This document shows, piece after piece, positions 25,782 through 39,429 of a stretch of 64,000 nt of DNA; position 1 is the first letter of the stretch; each line of letters opens with the position of its first letter. A program made the translations under genes and the position numbers. The notes below the pieces were generated by a model. The model was given only the letters and a program-made list of their open reading frames with translations. It was not told the DNA's origin and did not search any database. Origin of the DNA: Octopus vulgaris (taxonomy: Eukaryota); NCBI GenBank assembly GCA_951406725.2, contig OX597830.1, forward strand, positions 3,906,001 through 3,970,000, given 5' to 3'.

Positions 25782-26689
25782 AGATGCAATAACTAAACAA
25801 ATCTTAGGCAAACTATATTTAATGGTAAAGATTTATAAGCAAGAATTCAAGAGTGAAACACAGAAAACGGATGTTAAATGATGATGATGACATGAAAAAT
25901 GGGTAACAGACATATAGGCCATATTCCAGGAGTTTTTGCTCCTTCTTCAGCACCCAAACAACCCATTGACTTATAAAAAAGTTTAATATACTTTGTAGTT
26001 TGTTATGGTTCCCTAACAAAATATGGTGTCACTACAGGTCATTAATATATCTGTGTGTGTGTGTTACTTTTTAATGTAGAAGGAAAAAGGTGAAATCTCC
26101 CTAAATTTGTGTTTAATACTAAAGTAACACTAGTTTTACTGTCTAAAAAGAGCATGATGATTGGCTGTGTTCATATAATGCAATATCTGTTCTTTTGCTG
26201 GAATTGGATCTTGAAGTACATATAAAGCTGTACATAATGGTATGTAAATCTTAAGTTGGAAGTGTTGGAGGCAGCCTGTGGATCTTCAACTTTTTCTATC
26301 CAATATTTACCTGCTGTTAGTTATAGCTTTATATGTTCTTTGATATCTGATTCTCAGAAAGAATTATTCCACATTCTCTTGAAAGTTTATAAATTCTTAT
26401 GATGTCAGCTATGATTCTTATTTTGTTGGCTGTGTGACATGTGTCAGTTTGTGTTTCATTTCTCTCTTTCTGCTTTTAACTTGTAATTTACAAATTTATA
26501 TCATCATACAAATATTTACTCTGGATTTGTATTAATAACCAGATCTTAGATATACAATAAAAGTTTTCAACACATTATGGTAAATAACATTAAAACAATA
26601 AAACAAAAGTGAATGTAACTGTATATATGTATTTTAAATGGTGAGTTTTTTATGCTGCAAGAATTTTAGCTCTTGTTAATGATCTCAGA

Positions 26690-27010
26690 TCAAGTCTTTG
26701 CCAAACAAATATGACTCCAAAACATTTATTTTAACCTCTCCAAGCATAAAACTACCTTCCTTTCTACAGTAACCCCACTCAGTCAAAGAGAATTGTAGTC
26801 TTGTGAGCCACATGGCAATCTCACTAGTGCTGATGCCATGAAAAAAAGCTCTCAGTACACTCTTAAAGAGATTTCTGTTATGAAGGGCATCTAGCTGTAG
26901 AAACCATGCTAAACTAGAGTGCAACACAGTCTTCCGACCAGTTGCCTCGTGTCAACCTGCCGTACCCATACCAGCATGAAAGGTGGGTGTAAAAAGATGA
27001 TGATGATGAT
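26690..27010 (+). mobile_element. RTE 3'UTR/tail fragment
   Basis: GAAGGGCATCTAGCTGTAGAAACC..CCCATACCAGCATGAAAG, then (GAT)n. Confidence 0.7.
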
Positions 27011-28168
27011 AATATAGTGAGGATTTATAAATGAAGCTGAACGAGGGAAAAAATTCATTTTAGAGTTTACTTCCCTTTATATAATCAAATTTAGAAAATG
27101 AAATTATTATTTTTAAATTTCAATGTATAAGAAAGTGAAAAAAATAGTTTAAATTATTGGTATAAACTTGTTCTCTTCTCATAAGTCAATAATATATTCA
27201 AGAAATGCATGAACATCCCAAACTCAGTTTCATTTCTATAAGTCTATAGATTATTTCTTTCTTGGTGGGTGGGGGTGTTAGCTGAATGGATAAATTCTTT
27301 GACTTCCAGCTTCTTAGTTTTTCATTTAAAAGCTATAAAGACATTTTGCTGTTGGACAAATCTTTTATTCTACATTCTTTAGTATGTCTAGCTGTAAGGA
27401 ATTGCTAACAGAATTTCTGGAAATGTCGCCTTAAACAGACTGGCCTCCTTTCCAGGAAGAGATTTGTCTCTTATCAGTTTGTGAAGGGATTAAATTTTAA
27501 CTGGTGGAACATCTCAATATTTTAAAATTCTATGGAGCAATAGGGTGCTGTTGCCGTTATTTGGCCCTAAGTCATCTCTGACTGAGCAGAGAGATGCAGT
27601 AAAATATTCCAGCTATGATCATCTCATCAATTTGAGGCTATCAAAGACTACGCGTACGATGGTGTCATTTGTGAGAGATCTGTTTACTAGTTGTAGCAGG
27701 ATCATGGGACCTTTGAATTAATGCACAGAAAGTTGCCAGAAAATGATAGAATGATGAGATTCCTAAAGCCTTTGTAATATTTCCTTTGTTAGTATTTCAC
27801 AAGATATTATTGAAATTCTGTTAAAAAATTTGAAATAAAAGAGCATCAGAATGTGAATCTTTGAGTTGATGATACTTCCACAAGGGTTTGTGTAGGTGTT
27901 AAATACATTTTCAACTGACTCAGTTAGCAGAAATCTTTCACTTCATCAGTAAACAAACTCAAAGTCAAGCAAAAATTGAAAGTATATAAATTTATTTTGG
28001 GATGGTTATCTATTATCATTACTTTTCGTATGTATACACACTTTTATATATATGTGTGTGTATATTTATATGTATGTATGTGTGTGTGTGTGTATAATGT
28101 GTAAGTGTGAAATTCACATTTTAGCAACTTGTCATAGATCACATACTTTCACCCACACTTTTTCTTTA

Positions 28169-28201
<33 letters not shown>

Positions 28202-30164
28202 CTCCATGTGTGTGTGTGTATACATATATATATCTATATGCGTATAAACCTGCACACATACTACATGTATATACACCCCCACACGCATATATATATATGA
28301 ATATATATGTTTGTATATATATATACACACACACACAGATGTATATATATATATTGTGCTTAAATGTATTCTCTCACAAAGTGAAATCTTAGCTGAGAGA
28401 TAATAGACAACCTTATCTCTGTATCGGTGTAACAAACCATCATCCTACGAGATTCTTTTTCTTTGCAGTCTGTTGAGACTGATGCCACTAATTTATTGTC
28501 CAATGATAATGCGTTTACAAAACTAATTTAAGAAAACGAAAGAGGAAAAAAAAGCTATAATTTCAGGGCAACTTAGAATTTTTTTTTCTCTCCAGTTTAG
28601 TGTTGAAAACCTGGAATATCTTGTGACTGGAGAATGCATTTATTTTAAATGTAACCATGTAAGCTTATGGTTTTGATTTCTCTTGTGGGATGTCATGCAT
28701 AGGTACCATCGAGGCATTAGATAAAGCTCAAGGCTGAAGAACAATTGTCTTTATACCACTTTTGGGGAAAATTTATCTAAATATTGCCATTATATCAGCA
28801 TTTTCTGACTTGGCATTTCTTTGAACACTTCATATGGACAGCTTAAAGACATCAACCAACTTAAAGACATCACAAAAACTCAATAGTATCTTGCACAATG
28901 TACAGGTTATTGATTTTTACGTGATCTAAAGTAACAGTTCAGAGATTGTTCTCCACTTTTTCAAAAAGTTTGTTCTATAGTCTTTCTTTTCTTTCCTCAG
29001 AACTCTACGTACGATACAATGCCACTTTATTTTCGCATCTCTCACTCTCTCTCTCTCCTTCTCTCACTCTCTTCTTTTCGTTTCTATCTCTTTTCCTTTT
29101 TTTTTGTTTTTTCTTTTATGTACTACACGCCATACTTTGTTTGCAAGCAATTTCTCATTATCAGTACATTCTTCGCTTTTTCTATCATGTATAAACAAAA
29201 AAGAAAATATTTCCCAAATTATATATAGAATGTTTATTTTCTTTTAAAACATATCTGCTATTTCTTTACAAATCTTTTTTTTTTTCAACTTTATTTATCT
29301 ATTTATTTATTTTTGTTCATCTAATAATTGTGTCTTTTTTTTGATTGATCATAAAAGGCAAACTTAGAGACAGCTTCAGTGATAAGGAAAAAGATCTCAT
29401 TAAATTGCAATCCATCAATGCAACAAAATGAATTTATCTTTTGACTTTTATTTTCTGAAGTAAAATGATATTTTATATATGTATGGGTAGACATATCTGT
29501 AGATTCTGTCTTGATCTTCATGGACTTAACATCATATTTTTTTTTATGAAGAACTACAATAATTCCAAAGAAACTCAAGCCATATAATATTATATTTACT
29601 ATATCTCTTTATAACTTTTATCTCTGCAATTGTCACCAGATCAAGATATCTCTTCAAAAGATCCGTCTGTTTCAGTTTACCTTGCTTTCGTTTGATTTCT
29701 TTAGATGTTGATCATAAAAGTATGATTTTTTTTTTAGTGCGAGTCTGTCTTCTTTCTTTTGGAAAATCTTGAATATTAATTGTTCCATAAATGGTTCTAA
29801 TGAATTTATATCAAGTTAATACTTTGAAATCATGACCAAAATCAGGGATTGGACCCATTTACCACCTGTTCTTTTCCGATGCTGCTATACATGGCTGTAA
29901 TGTGATCAAAGCAGTAAGATCTGCTAGTGTTAATTTGGAATGGTTGATGTAAGATGGTGAGTAGTGGAGTTATAATGATGATGTTGAGGGAGGGTCAATG
30001 GTTAATCAAAACTGGAAGAGACATGCATTTTATTATTTCATAGAGTTGCTGAAACTAGTTGAGGAAGCAGTAAGGTGGAAACCATCACCTTCTTCACAAG
30101 GTTTCCTAGTCGGGAGGCAAGAGAGAAATAGAGAAAGCACAGTTGTTGTTGTAGGAAAATTCAT

Positions 30165-30470
30165 GTGGAGGCACGTGACCTAGTGGTTAGAGCTGCGAAC
30201 TCGTGGTCGTGGGATCGCGGATTCGAATCTCAGACCGGGCAATGTGTGTGTTTATGAGTGAAACACCTAAGCTCCACACGCCTCCGGCAGAAGGTAATGG
30301 TGAACTTCTGCCTGACTCTTTTGCCACAACTTTATCTCACTCTTTCCTCCTGCATCTTGCAGCTCACCTGTGACAGACTGGCGTCCTGTCCAGGTGGGGA
30401 ACCTATATGCCAAGGAAACCGGGAAACCGGCCCTAATGAGCCAGGTATGGCTTGAGAAGGAACAACAAAC
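30165..30470 (+). mobile_element. tRNA-derived SINE with family D head and a different 3' module
   Basis: GTGACCTAGTGGTTAGAGC..GGATTCGAATCTC. The first 180 bp or so match the 5' part of the 7102-7488 copy, then it switches to CCTGTGACAGACTGGCGTCCTGTCCAGG..GAAACCGGGAAACCGGCCC and (AAC)n. Confidence 0.85.
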
Positions 30471-31364
30471 AGCATGCTAAGTTATTGAGTTCTACTCATC
30501 AGAGGACATGATCTGTTTACTTGTAAGAACGGACTTTTTGTAAAGCTATTCAAGAGCCAATTATGGATGTAAAAATGAGTCATAAATTAAATCTGCTACC
30601 TGGGAACAAGAGCTTTTGCACAGCTTCTCTCTACTCCTTTTCACTCACAAAACTTGGGAAAATTTAAGGCATTGATAAAAGTCCTTTGCTCAAAATGCCA
30701 AATAGTGATATTGATCCTATAAATATTTGATTGCAAACTAAGACCCCTAATTGCATGTCCCTGCCTATACCAACGTCTGAAGATGATTGTTACTATGACA
30801 ACAAGGTTGTTAAGAATTTGTGTAACATTCATTGTTCCTGAAAACTGTCTGTAGAATGAAATGTTTTCTATAGTACAGGGACACTGCTAAGTTATTTTTT
30901 AATAACGTATTATTAATTAGAGGCAATTAAAATGTCTTCTTAATATGAGAGATTAGATGAGCGATATATCTACTTCTGTCAATGAAAGAAAGAGTACGTG
31001 TTTGTGGAACAAAGCCACTATTCATTAAGAGTTCAACAATGTTTATTCACCTTATGTAATTGTGACATTAATTAATCCAGGAAATTGTTAAATTGGTTAT
31101 AATTCCGAAGACTTGCAAACAAGAAAACCATCATTAGAGCTAAATAAAGAAATTGGTAATATATTAGCACTTACCTTTGTGTAAAATGATAATTTTTGGT
31201 TTTCTCATTATTTTTGTGCCATACAATTACTAATTACTTTACCAAATTCTTACAACATTGACCTCACCCTCTCTTTTCCTGTATATGTGTAGACAGAAAA
31301 TTCATTGTTTTATGACTTTCAGCCGGTGGGCTGAGGCCCTCCTGGGCCATCATGCATTGGCTCA

Positions 31365-31581
31365 AGCATGGACGCATGACTAAGAAGTTCATTTCCTAAT
31401 AACAGGGTTTGGGTTCAGTCCCAATCAATATCATTGGCACCATAGCTGTCTTCTACTATAGCCCCAGGCCAACCAAAGATTTCAAGGTGGATTTGGTTGA
31501 CAGAAACTGAAAGAAGCCAATCATGTGTATGTATGTGTGTGTGTGCATGCATGTACATAATTGTGTATGTATATATATATG

Positions 31582-31634
<53 letters not shown>

Positions 31635-31825
31635 TTATAAAAGTGTATCATTTGTTTCTAGTTTTCCATAAAATCATATCTGGCCATCGGGAAATAATAG
31701 TTTGCTTAGAAACAAGTGAGGGTTTGTGACTGGAAGGGCATCCGGCTGTAGAAAGTCTGTCTCAAGAAACACAATCCAAGCCATGCAAACATGGAGAAGT
31801 GGACGTTAAAAATAAGGATGATGGG
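31365..31825 (+). mobile_element. SINE, family C head + (TG/TA)n + RTE-type tail
   Basis: GGGTTCAGTCCC..CAGAAACTGAAAGAAGCC, microsatellite, then GAAGGGCATCCGGCTGTAGAAA..GTGGACGTTAAAATAAGGATGATG. Confidence 0.85.
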
Positions 31826-32213
31826 TAGGTGTAAGTATGGCAGTGTAGTTAAGGTGTACATTGCCATCATGCAGTCTCAGGTTCAGTCCCAGTGTGTGGA
31901 ACATTGGACAAGTATCTTCAGCTCTACCCCTGGACTAACGAAAGTTTTCTGAGTGAATTTGGCAAATGGAAACTGTGTAGAAGCTTTTTGAATACTTATA
32001 TCTGCTGTGTGTGTGTGTTTATGTCCACTTTTGTGTTTGGTCCCACCACTTTACATTCGGTGTTGGTTTGTTTTCATCCCTACAATTTAGTAGTTCAGTA
32101 AACAGAAATCAACAGAATAAGTATCAAGCTTGAAATAATTACTGGGACGATTTGTTTGAAGGCTCTGCCCCAGCATGGTCACAGCTCAATGATTGAAACC
32201 AGTAAAAGAATAA
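31826..32213 (+). mobile_element. SINE, family C head + CR1-type tail
   Basis: AGGTTCAGTCCCAGTG..GGAAACTGTGTAGAAGC, (TG)n, then TGCCCCAGCATGGTCACAGCTCAATGATTGAAACCAGTAAAAGAAT. Confidence 0.8.
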
Positions 32214-32739
32214 ACAAACATATGCATCAGTAAGTACTTGCACGTTAGAACATAATTCACTTCTCTTTGAAATGGTGAAATATAAATTCTAGATACAAAC
32301 CATTCTCTAAATTTCTAGGGGATTCTTTTTTTTTTCTTTTTAGTTATTTTAATTAACATCTGCATTATGACAAATTTTCCTCTTTTAAATATTTGCTTAA
32401 ATTTCAAGCATCTTCAAAGATTTTTGTGTCTGTGGTTCAGTGTCTCCCTGGCTTTTTATTTAATTTATTTAAATTTTTTTTGTGTCTTTTGTTTGTCAAT
32501 ATTTCATAAAATATATAAAACTTCACATGTTTTGATACATTGTTGTTAATATCTGTAGAAAGTATGCTTAATGTCTACAGCAAGATAGAGTGTTAGAGTA
32601 AAGAATGGACAAATTTGTTTTACATAGATATAAAATACACACACACATGTGTATGTATGCATTGTGTATAACAGCATGGCTGGGGCTACTGTATGTTTTG
32701 TATATGTGTGTGTTACTCACACATGACAAGTTTAAAAAA

Positions 32740-33440
32740 TTCCAATGCTGATGTGATGTATTTTCTTTTATCTGCTGGTACTGAAAGATCTTCATATTGA
32801 ACAATGCCACTTTCCATACAACCTGGAATGGTACGTTCTTTGGAGATTGCTAGTACTTTGATCTATGTTTTATCGACATCCAGGCTTTTGTTTTCTGCAG
32901 ATTTTTTTTTTAATATGTTGACAGAATCTTCAATGAAATCCATGGTCACTAGTAACTCAAAATTTATAATGAAGACAACAGGATAGAGGACAGATCAGAC
33001 CCAAACAGATAACCTGTTGTACATTAAATTTCTCACTGTGCTTAGAGCTGCTGTTCTTAAACTTAGTAAACAACTCACTCAACAGCTCTCATGCCTTGTT
33101 CAAATGATGAACCCAGCTTTGTTAGTGCTTATTAACAACACAACATGGAACCTTGTTTAAAGCTTTTTCCTTACAAATATTTGTGAAATAGGGACAGTTA
33201 TTCTTTGCTAAAAACTTCTCCTGTAATTGTTTCTCCATAAATATAACAGTTGTGGTTCCATTTCTAAATCCAACTTAATCCTATCCTTCATTCACTTAAA
33301 TCATAAAGGCATCAGTTTGTACCCCGCTTTACATTGTATCTCTTTTACCTTTGCTGAACACCACAGTGATAGCGTTATGTGTCGGAATAACACCTGTTTG
33401 CATTACCTGATGAATGAATCAGATAATGTCAACTATTTTC
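32740..33440 (-). pseudogene. Ancient RTE RT fragment that hosts the CR1 insertion; continues at about 35091-35160
   Basis: Minus strand reads FIHQVMQTGVIP..FSKGKRD and GFRNGTTTVIFMEKQLQEKFLAKNNCPYFTNICKEKALNKVP, resembling GFxPGRGTTDAIFxxRQLQEKxLAKNKxLYxAFVDLEKAFDRVP. Confidence 0.8.
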
Positions 33441-35006
33441 AAACAAGATGATGGTCGTGAACCCCCTCCATTTGATAGATCGGTACCTCCAATGCTTCGA
33501 TTGATCATCACGCGGGACCAAGTCAAGCGTGTTGTTCAAGGCCTCGATGTCAACAAGGGTCATGGCCCTGACGGCATACACCCACGGGTTATCAAAGCGT
33601 TGGCTCCGGTCATCTGCGAGCCCTTAACACGACTATTCAATATGTCATTGGCGACGGGTGTTATACCTGCAGACTGGAGAACAGCGATAATCTGCCCAAT
33701 TTTCAAGAAAGGGAGCCGCAAAGACCCGCTTAACTACCGACCGGTTTCCCTTACATCAATAATCAGCAAGATGTTCGAAACCATCCTTAAGAAAAGTATG
33801 ATGCTCCACCTCCTAAACACAGCCTCGATCACTGATTCCCAACACAGCTTCGTGCCGAAGAGATCATGCTTGACCAACTTACTAGTAATGGAAGAATTAG
33901 CGACGCGCATCCTCGATGATAGTGCTGCTGTTGACATCGTTTTATTGGACTTTGCCAAAGCTTTTGACTCGGTAAACCACCGCCTACTACTTGTCAAGCT
34001 TCAAGCATATAGTTTCCATCCGGATATTGTACGATGGGTTGGTGCCTTCCTCTCAGATCGCTCCTTCCAAGTTCAAGTTAATGGTTCGCGGTCCGACGTC
34101 TCCAGTGCGAGCAGTGGCGTGCCTCAAGGTTCAGTGCTTGGGCCCTTGTTGTTCTTGGTCTTCATAAATGACTTGCCCGACGACCTCACGCAACACACCC
34201 TTCTATTTGCTGACGATATCAAACTGGTCGCTCCTCGTGGTAGTATAGAGGATCTTCGTCGATGCCTCCACCAAATTTGGAAGTGGTCTAACGATTGGGA
34301 CCTGTGTCTGAACGTGTCAAAGTGCTGTCATCTGCCTGTCGGCTCTACTCCTGCAACTCAACTTGATTTCGAGCCGGGTCGTCTGCTGCTGGAGAGGACC
34401 GATCAGGTAAAGGACCTGGGTATCTTGGTAGATTCCTCCTTTTTGCCTTTGGCCCAGTGCGTCCATGCTGCCAACAAAGCGCGCGGAATTCTGTTTTTGA
34501 TTCGACGGTCATTCGGAATGCTCACAGCAGCCATATTCCTGCCACTCTATGTCACGCTGGTGAGACCCATATTGGAGTATGGGATTCAAGCCTCTTCTCC
34601 TTATCTCCTCAAAGACATACAGCACCTCGAAAGAGTCCAGAGGCTGGCTACCCGCATGGTTCATGGTCTCAAAAATTTGTCCTACGAAGAAAGGCTGAGG
34701 ACGCTCGACCTTTGTTCTCTTGAAAAACGCCGCCGCCGTGGTGATCTCATTCTCGCCCACAACATCATAAGCGGGAAGTGTAACCTCTCGAAAGAGCTGT
34801 TCTTTACTCCTGCTCCGGAGCGTCGGCTGCGGGGTCATTCCGAAAAGCTCTACCTGCGACGATTTCATCTCAATCGAAGGAGAGGAGCTTTCTCCGTCCG
34901 GGTTGCGGATCCGTGGAACAAGCTGCCAGACGAGATGGTGAAGATGCCGACGACCGCTTTGTTCAAAGCCTCCCTGGACCTCAAGTGGCCTGAACTCTTT
35001 ACATGA
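33414..35006 (+). CDS. CR1-type LINE ORF2 fragment: complete RT domain and C-terminus, no endonuclease (530 aa)
   Basis: Motifs GPDGIHP, NYRPVSLTS, LDFAKAFDSV, SGVPQGSVLGPLLF, FADD, KDLG, VRPILEY, LERVQR, RRRGDL, RGH, WNKLP. The start codon comes from flanking DNA, so expression is unproven. Confidence 0.9.
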   Translation: MNQIMSTIFKQDDGREPPPFDRSVPPMLRLIITRDQVKRVVQGLDVNKGHGPDGIHPRVIKALAPVICEPLTRLFNMSLATGVIPADWRTAIICPIFKKGSRKDPLNYRPVSLTSIISKMFETILKKSMMLHLLNTASITDSQHSFVPKRSCLTNLLVMEELATRILDDSAAVDIVLLDFAKAFDSVNHRLLLVKLQAYSFHPDIVRWVGAFLSDRSFQVQVNGSRSDVSSASSGVPQGSVLGPLLFLVFINDLPDDLTQHTLLFADDIKLVAPRGSIEDLRRCLHQIWKWSNDWDLCLNVSKCCHLPVGSTPATQLDFEPGRLLLERTDQVKDLGILVDSSFLPLAQCVHAANKARGILFLIRRSFGMLTAAIFLPLYVTLVRPILEYGIQASSPYLLKDIQHLERVQRLATRMVHGLKNLSYEERLRTLDLCSLEKRRRRGDLILAHNIISGKCNLSKELFFTPAPERRLRGHSEKLYLRRFHLNRRRGAFSVRVADPWNKLPDEMVKMPTTALFKASLDLKWPELFT

Positions 35007-35091
35007 ACACCACCCTGTACTTAACTCCATGTCCCCCCTACATGGCCTTGCTATTTGCTTTTGAGCCAAATTAACTAACTAACTAACTAAC
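33441..35091 (+). mobile_element. Young 5'-truncated CR1-group LINE with (TAAC)n tail
   Basis: GC-rich island with an uninterrupted RT frame, an 85-bp 3'UTR and TAAC repeats at 35072-35091. No long TSD. Confidence 0.95.
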
Positions 35092-35165
35092 ATCTCTTTC
35101 GATTCATCAGTGAAACTGCCAAGATGTCACTCAAAGCTTAATAACCTATTCAAGATGAATCATAT

Positions 35166-36450
<1,285 letters not shown>

Positions 36451-36459
36451 GTAGATTTT

Positions 36460-36462
<3 letters not shown>

Positions 36463-36531
<69 letters not shown>

Positions 36532-36587
36532 AAAAAAAAAAAAAAAAAAAATTTATTATATATAATATAATATATATAATATAATAA

Positions 36588-36651
<64 letters not shown>

Positions 36652-36715
36652 TATAAATATATATAATATATATATATATATATAATATATATATACATAT
36701 ATATATACATATAAT

Positions 36716-36746
<31 letters not shown>

Positions 36747-36767
36747 CATATATATATACATATATAT

Positions 36768-36808
<41 letters not shown>

Positions 36809-37236
36809 TATACATATATATATTATATATATACATATATATATACATATGTATATATATACATATATATATACATATATACATACATATATATATATAC
36901 ACATATATATATACATATATACATACATATATATATATACATATATACATACATATATATATATACATATATACATATATATATATACATATATACATAT
37001 ATACATATACATATATACATATATATATACATACATATATATATATACATATATACATATATACATATACATATATACATATATATATACATACATATAT
37101 ATATATACATATATACATATATACATATACATATATACATATATATATACATACATATATATATATACATATATATATACATATATATATACATACATAT
37201 ATATATATACATATATATATACATATATATATACAT
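36463..37236. repeat. Expanded (TA)/(TACA) compound microsatellite containing an A-run and a 60-bp higher-order repeat
   Basis: Lines 37021-37080 and 37081-37140 are identical. Poly-A at about 36526-36551. Confidence 0.95.
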
Positions 37237-37245
37237 ATGTTTATA

Positions 37246-37400
37246 CAATGGGCTTCTTTCAGTTTCCATCTACCAAATCCACTCACAAGGTTTTGGTCAG
37301 TCTAAGGCTTATAGCAAAAGACACTTGCCCAAGGTACCATGCAGTAGGACTGAACCTAGAACCCGTGATCGGGAAGCAAACTTCTTATCACACAGCCACA
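37246..37400 (-). mobile_element. SINE family C head and core
   Basis: GGGCTTCTTTCAGTTTCCATCTACCAAATCCACTCACAAGG..GACTGAACC..CACACAGCCACAC. Confidence 0.9.
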
Positions 37401-37774
37401 CGACAAGCTGCAGAGTGTTTTCGGTCAACTTCGGCTGCACTACATTATTGTCATGGAAGATGTCAGATGAGAAATCTCCATTTTTGTCCCAAGGAATTAT
37501 TTCTCATTCAAAATGTTTAGAAGTTAAGCATTTCCCATACTACTTTAGTATAGATGACTACTAACTTACGAATGGTTAAAATCTGTCTCTTGGACTGGAT
37601 GCTTATTAATAACTAGTAACTTAGCCTATGTTGTTACTTTTCAGCCCTAATAAAGCAAACCTATAATCAAAGATGTTCCAGTCATGACCATCCCATTTTT
37701 TCCAGACAAAGTGCATCTATGGTTGTACTTTCTATCCAAATGTTAATTTTTTTTTATTAATAATTAATGTATTA

Positions 37775-38054
37775 AGATAACGAGCTGGCAGAATCATCAA
37801 CATATTAAAGGCAGTGCTCCAATATGGCCATAGTCAAATGACTGAAACAAATAAAAGAATAAAAGAAGACCAAGCAAAATGCTTAGCAGCATTTCATCCA
37901 TCTTTATGTTCTGAGTTCAAAGGCCACCAAGGTGGACTTTGCCGTTCATCCTTTTGAGGTCGATGAAATATATGCAAATTGAGCATTGGGGTCGATGTAA
38001 TCGACTTATACCTCGCCCCCGAAATTGCTGGCCTTGTGCCAAAATTGGAAACCC
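37775..38054 (+). mobile_element. SINE family A containing an inserted family C tail (about 37804-37868)
   Basis: CGAGCTGGCAGAATC | AAGGCAGTGCTCCAATATGGCCATAGTCAAATGACTGAAACAAATAAAAGAAT | CAAAATGCTTAGC..GAGTTCAA. Candidate TSD ATAATTAAT at 37760-37768 and 38055-38063. Confidence 0.85.
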
Positions 38055-38126
38055 ATAATTAATATGGTAGGGTGTAATTTGAGGAAATTTTGACTGTTAT
38101 GTTTGTATAGGGACTCCATCATTGGC

Positions 38127-38366
38127 TCATCATCATCATCGTTTAGCGTCCGCTTTCCATGCTAGCATGGGTTGGACGGTTCAAGTGGGGTCTGGGAAGC
38201 CAGAAGGCTGCTCCAGGCCCAGTCTGATCTGGCAATGTTTCTACAGCTGGATGCCCTTCCTAATGCCAACCACTCCGAGAGTGTAGTCGGTGCTTTTTAC
38301 GTGCCACCGGCACGGGGGCCAGGCGAGGCTGGCAATGGCCACAAACGGATGGTGCTTTTTACGTGC
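38127..38366 (-). mobile_element. Young RTE 3'UTR/tail fragment
   Basis: (CAT)n CGTTTAGCGTCCGCTTTCCATGCTAGCATGG..GGATGCCCTTCCTAA, plus one unit of the 62-bp repeat seen at 63521. Confidence 0.88.
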
Positions 38367-39385
38367 CTTTTGCTTTAAATATTTTAACCCAGATACATAT
38401 TGAAATATGTGAAAGGGTGGAGCAAGTTAATTCCAGGCTGATTACTTCAATAACTTATTCTCTCTATGATTCTTGTAATGTTATGGAATTATTTCATAGT
38501 AATTTATCGTTATTGTCATTACCATAGCAATTTATTATCCTGATAGAAATTAATGCTTTTTTGTTTTTAACACTTTTTAAGGATTAATATTCACTGATTG
38601 AAGAATTTCACGAATTAGTTTGGAAGGAAGAATAAATGATAAAAGACTAATTTCTAGAATTTTTCAAATGGCAGCACAGAGGAACGAGCTTAAATTATGC
38701 AAATTTATGCCTTCCCTCTGTAGAATGCTTTTAGTAAATTTTTGCTACATCACATTCATTCAAATGAAAATTTTGAAAAATAAAATAAAACAGAAATGTT
38801 TAATTTCAATTATTAATAGGAATTGTACGTACTTCCAGTGCTTTACAGACTAAATTGATTTCAGGATGAGGTAAGGAAGACGAGAAAGAATTTTCTTTAT
38901 TTTGCATATATCATTCTGGTAAAGTAATCTTGCTGTTAACTGTAAATGTAGACAATAACGGTAGTGTTGCAATAGAGACTGCAATTAGAATCTGACACAA
39001 ACTAGAAAATCTCAGACTCAGGTTCTATTATTGCCACTCAACCTACGTAAAATGTCTTTTATCTTGTTATCTGATAACCCGTACTTCATCCAACTCGAGG
39101 AATTATTAACAGATCAACTTTTCTTGTGCTCAATCAGTTGATGAGTGGAATCGGTAATATTTATATCTAAGACAGATACTCATTGGCTTATATGGCAGCG
39201 AATCTCTACAGATTGCTGTGATATCTTGTACACTTTTCATTCTCTTGTGAAATGCTGTATTGTTCGCTGAGATAATTATGAGGCGTTACATACAAAAAGT
39301 AGGACTTGTGTTTATTTGGGTTTATCATATCATCTATTTTTCCTCATTTTACCATCTGTCATCTCTCACAAGCACATAACTGATA

Positions 39386-39429
<44 letters not shown>

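Noticed and set aside
30170-30240. tRNA-like sequence with A and B boxes
   Set aside because: It continues into a SINE body and lacks a proper acceptor stem, so it is a SINE head rather than a tRNA gene.
34509-35069. 186-aa minus-strand ORF (also 33734-33997 and 35334-35705)
   Set aside because: These are antisense shadows of the GC-rich LINE ORFs.
36526-36551. Poly-A run as a processed-pseudogene tail
   Set aside because: It is embedded in (TA)n with no upstream body or TSD, and may be slippage or a base-calling error.
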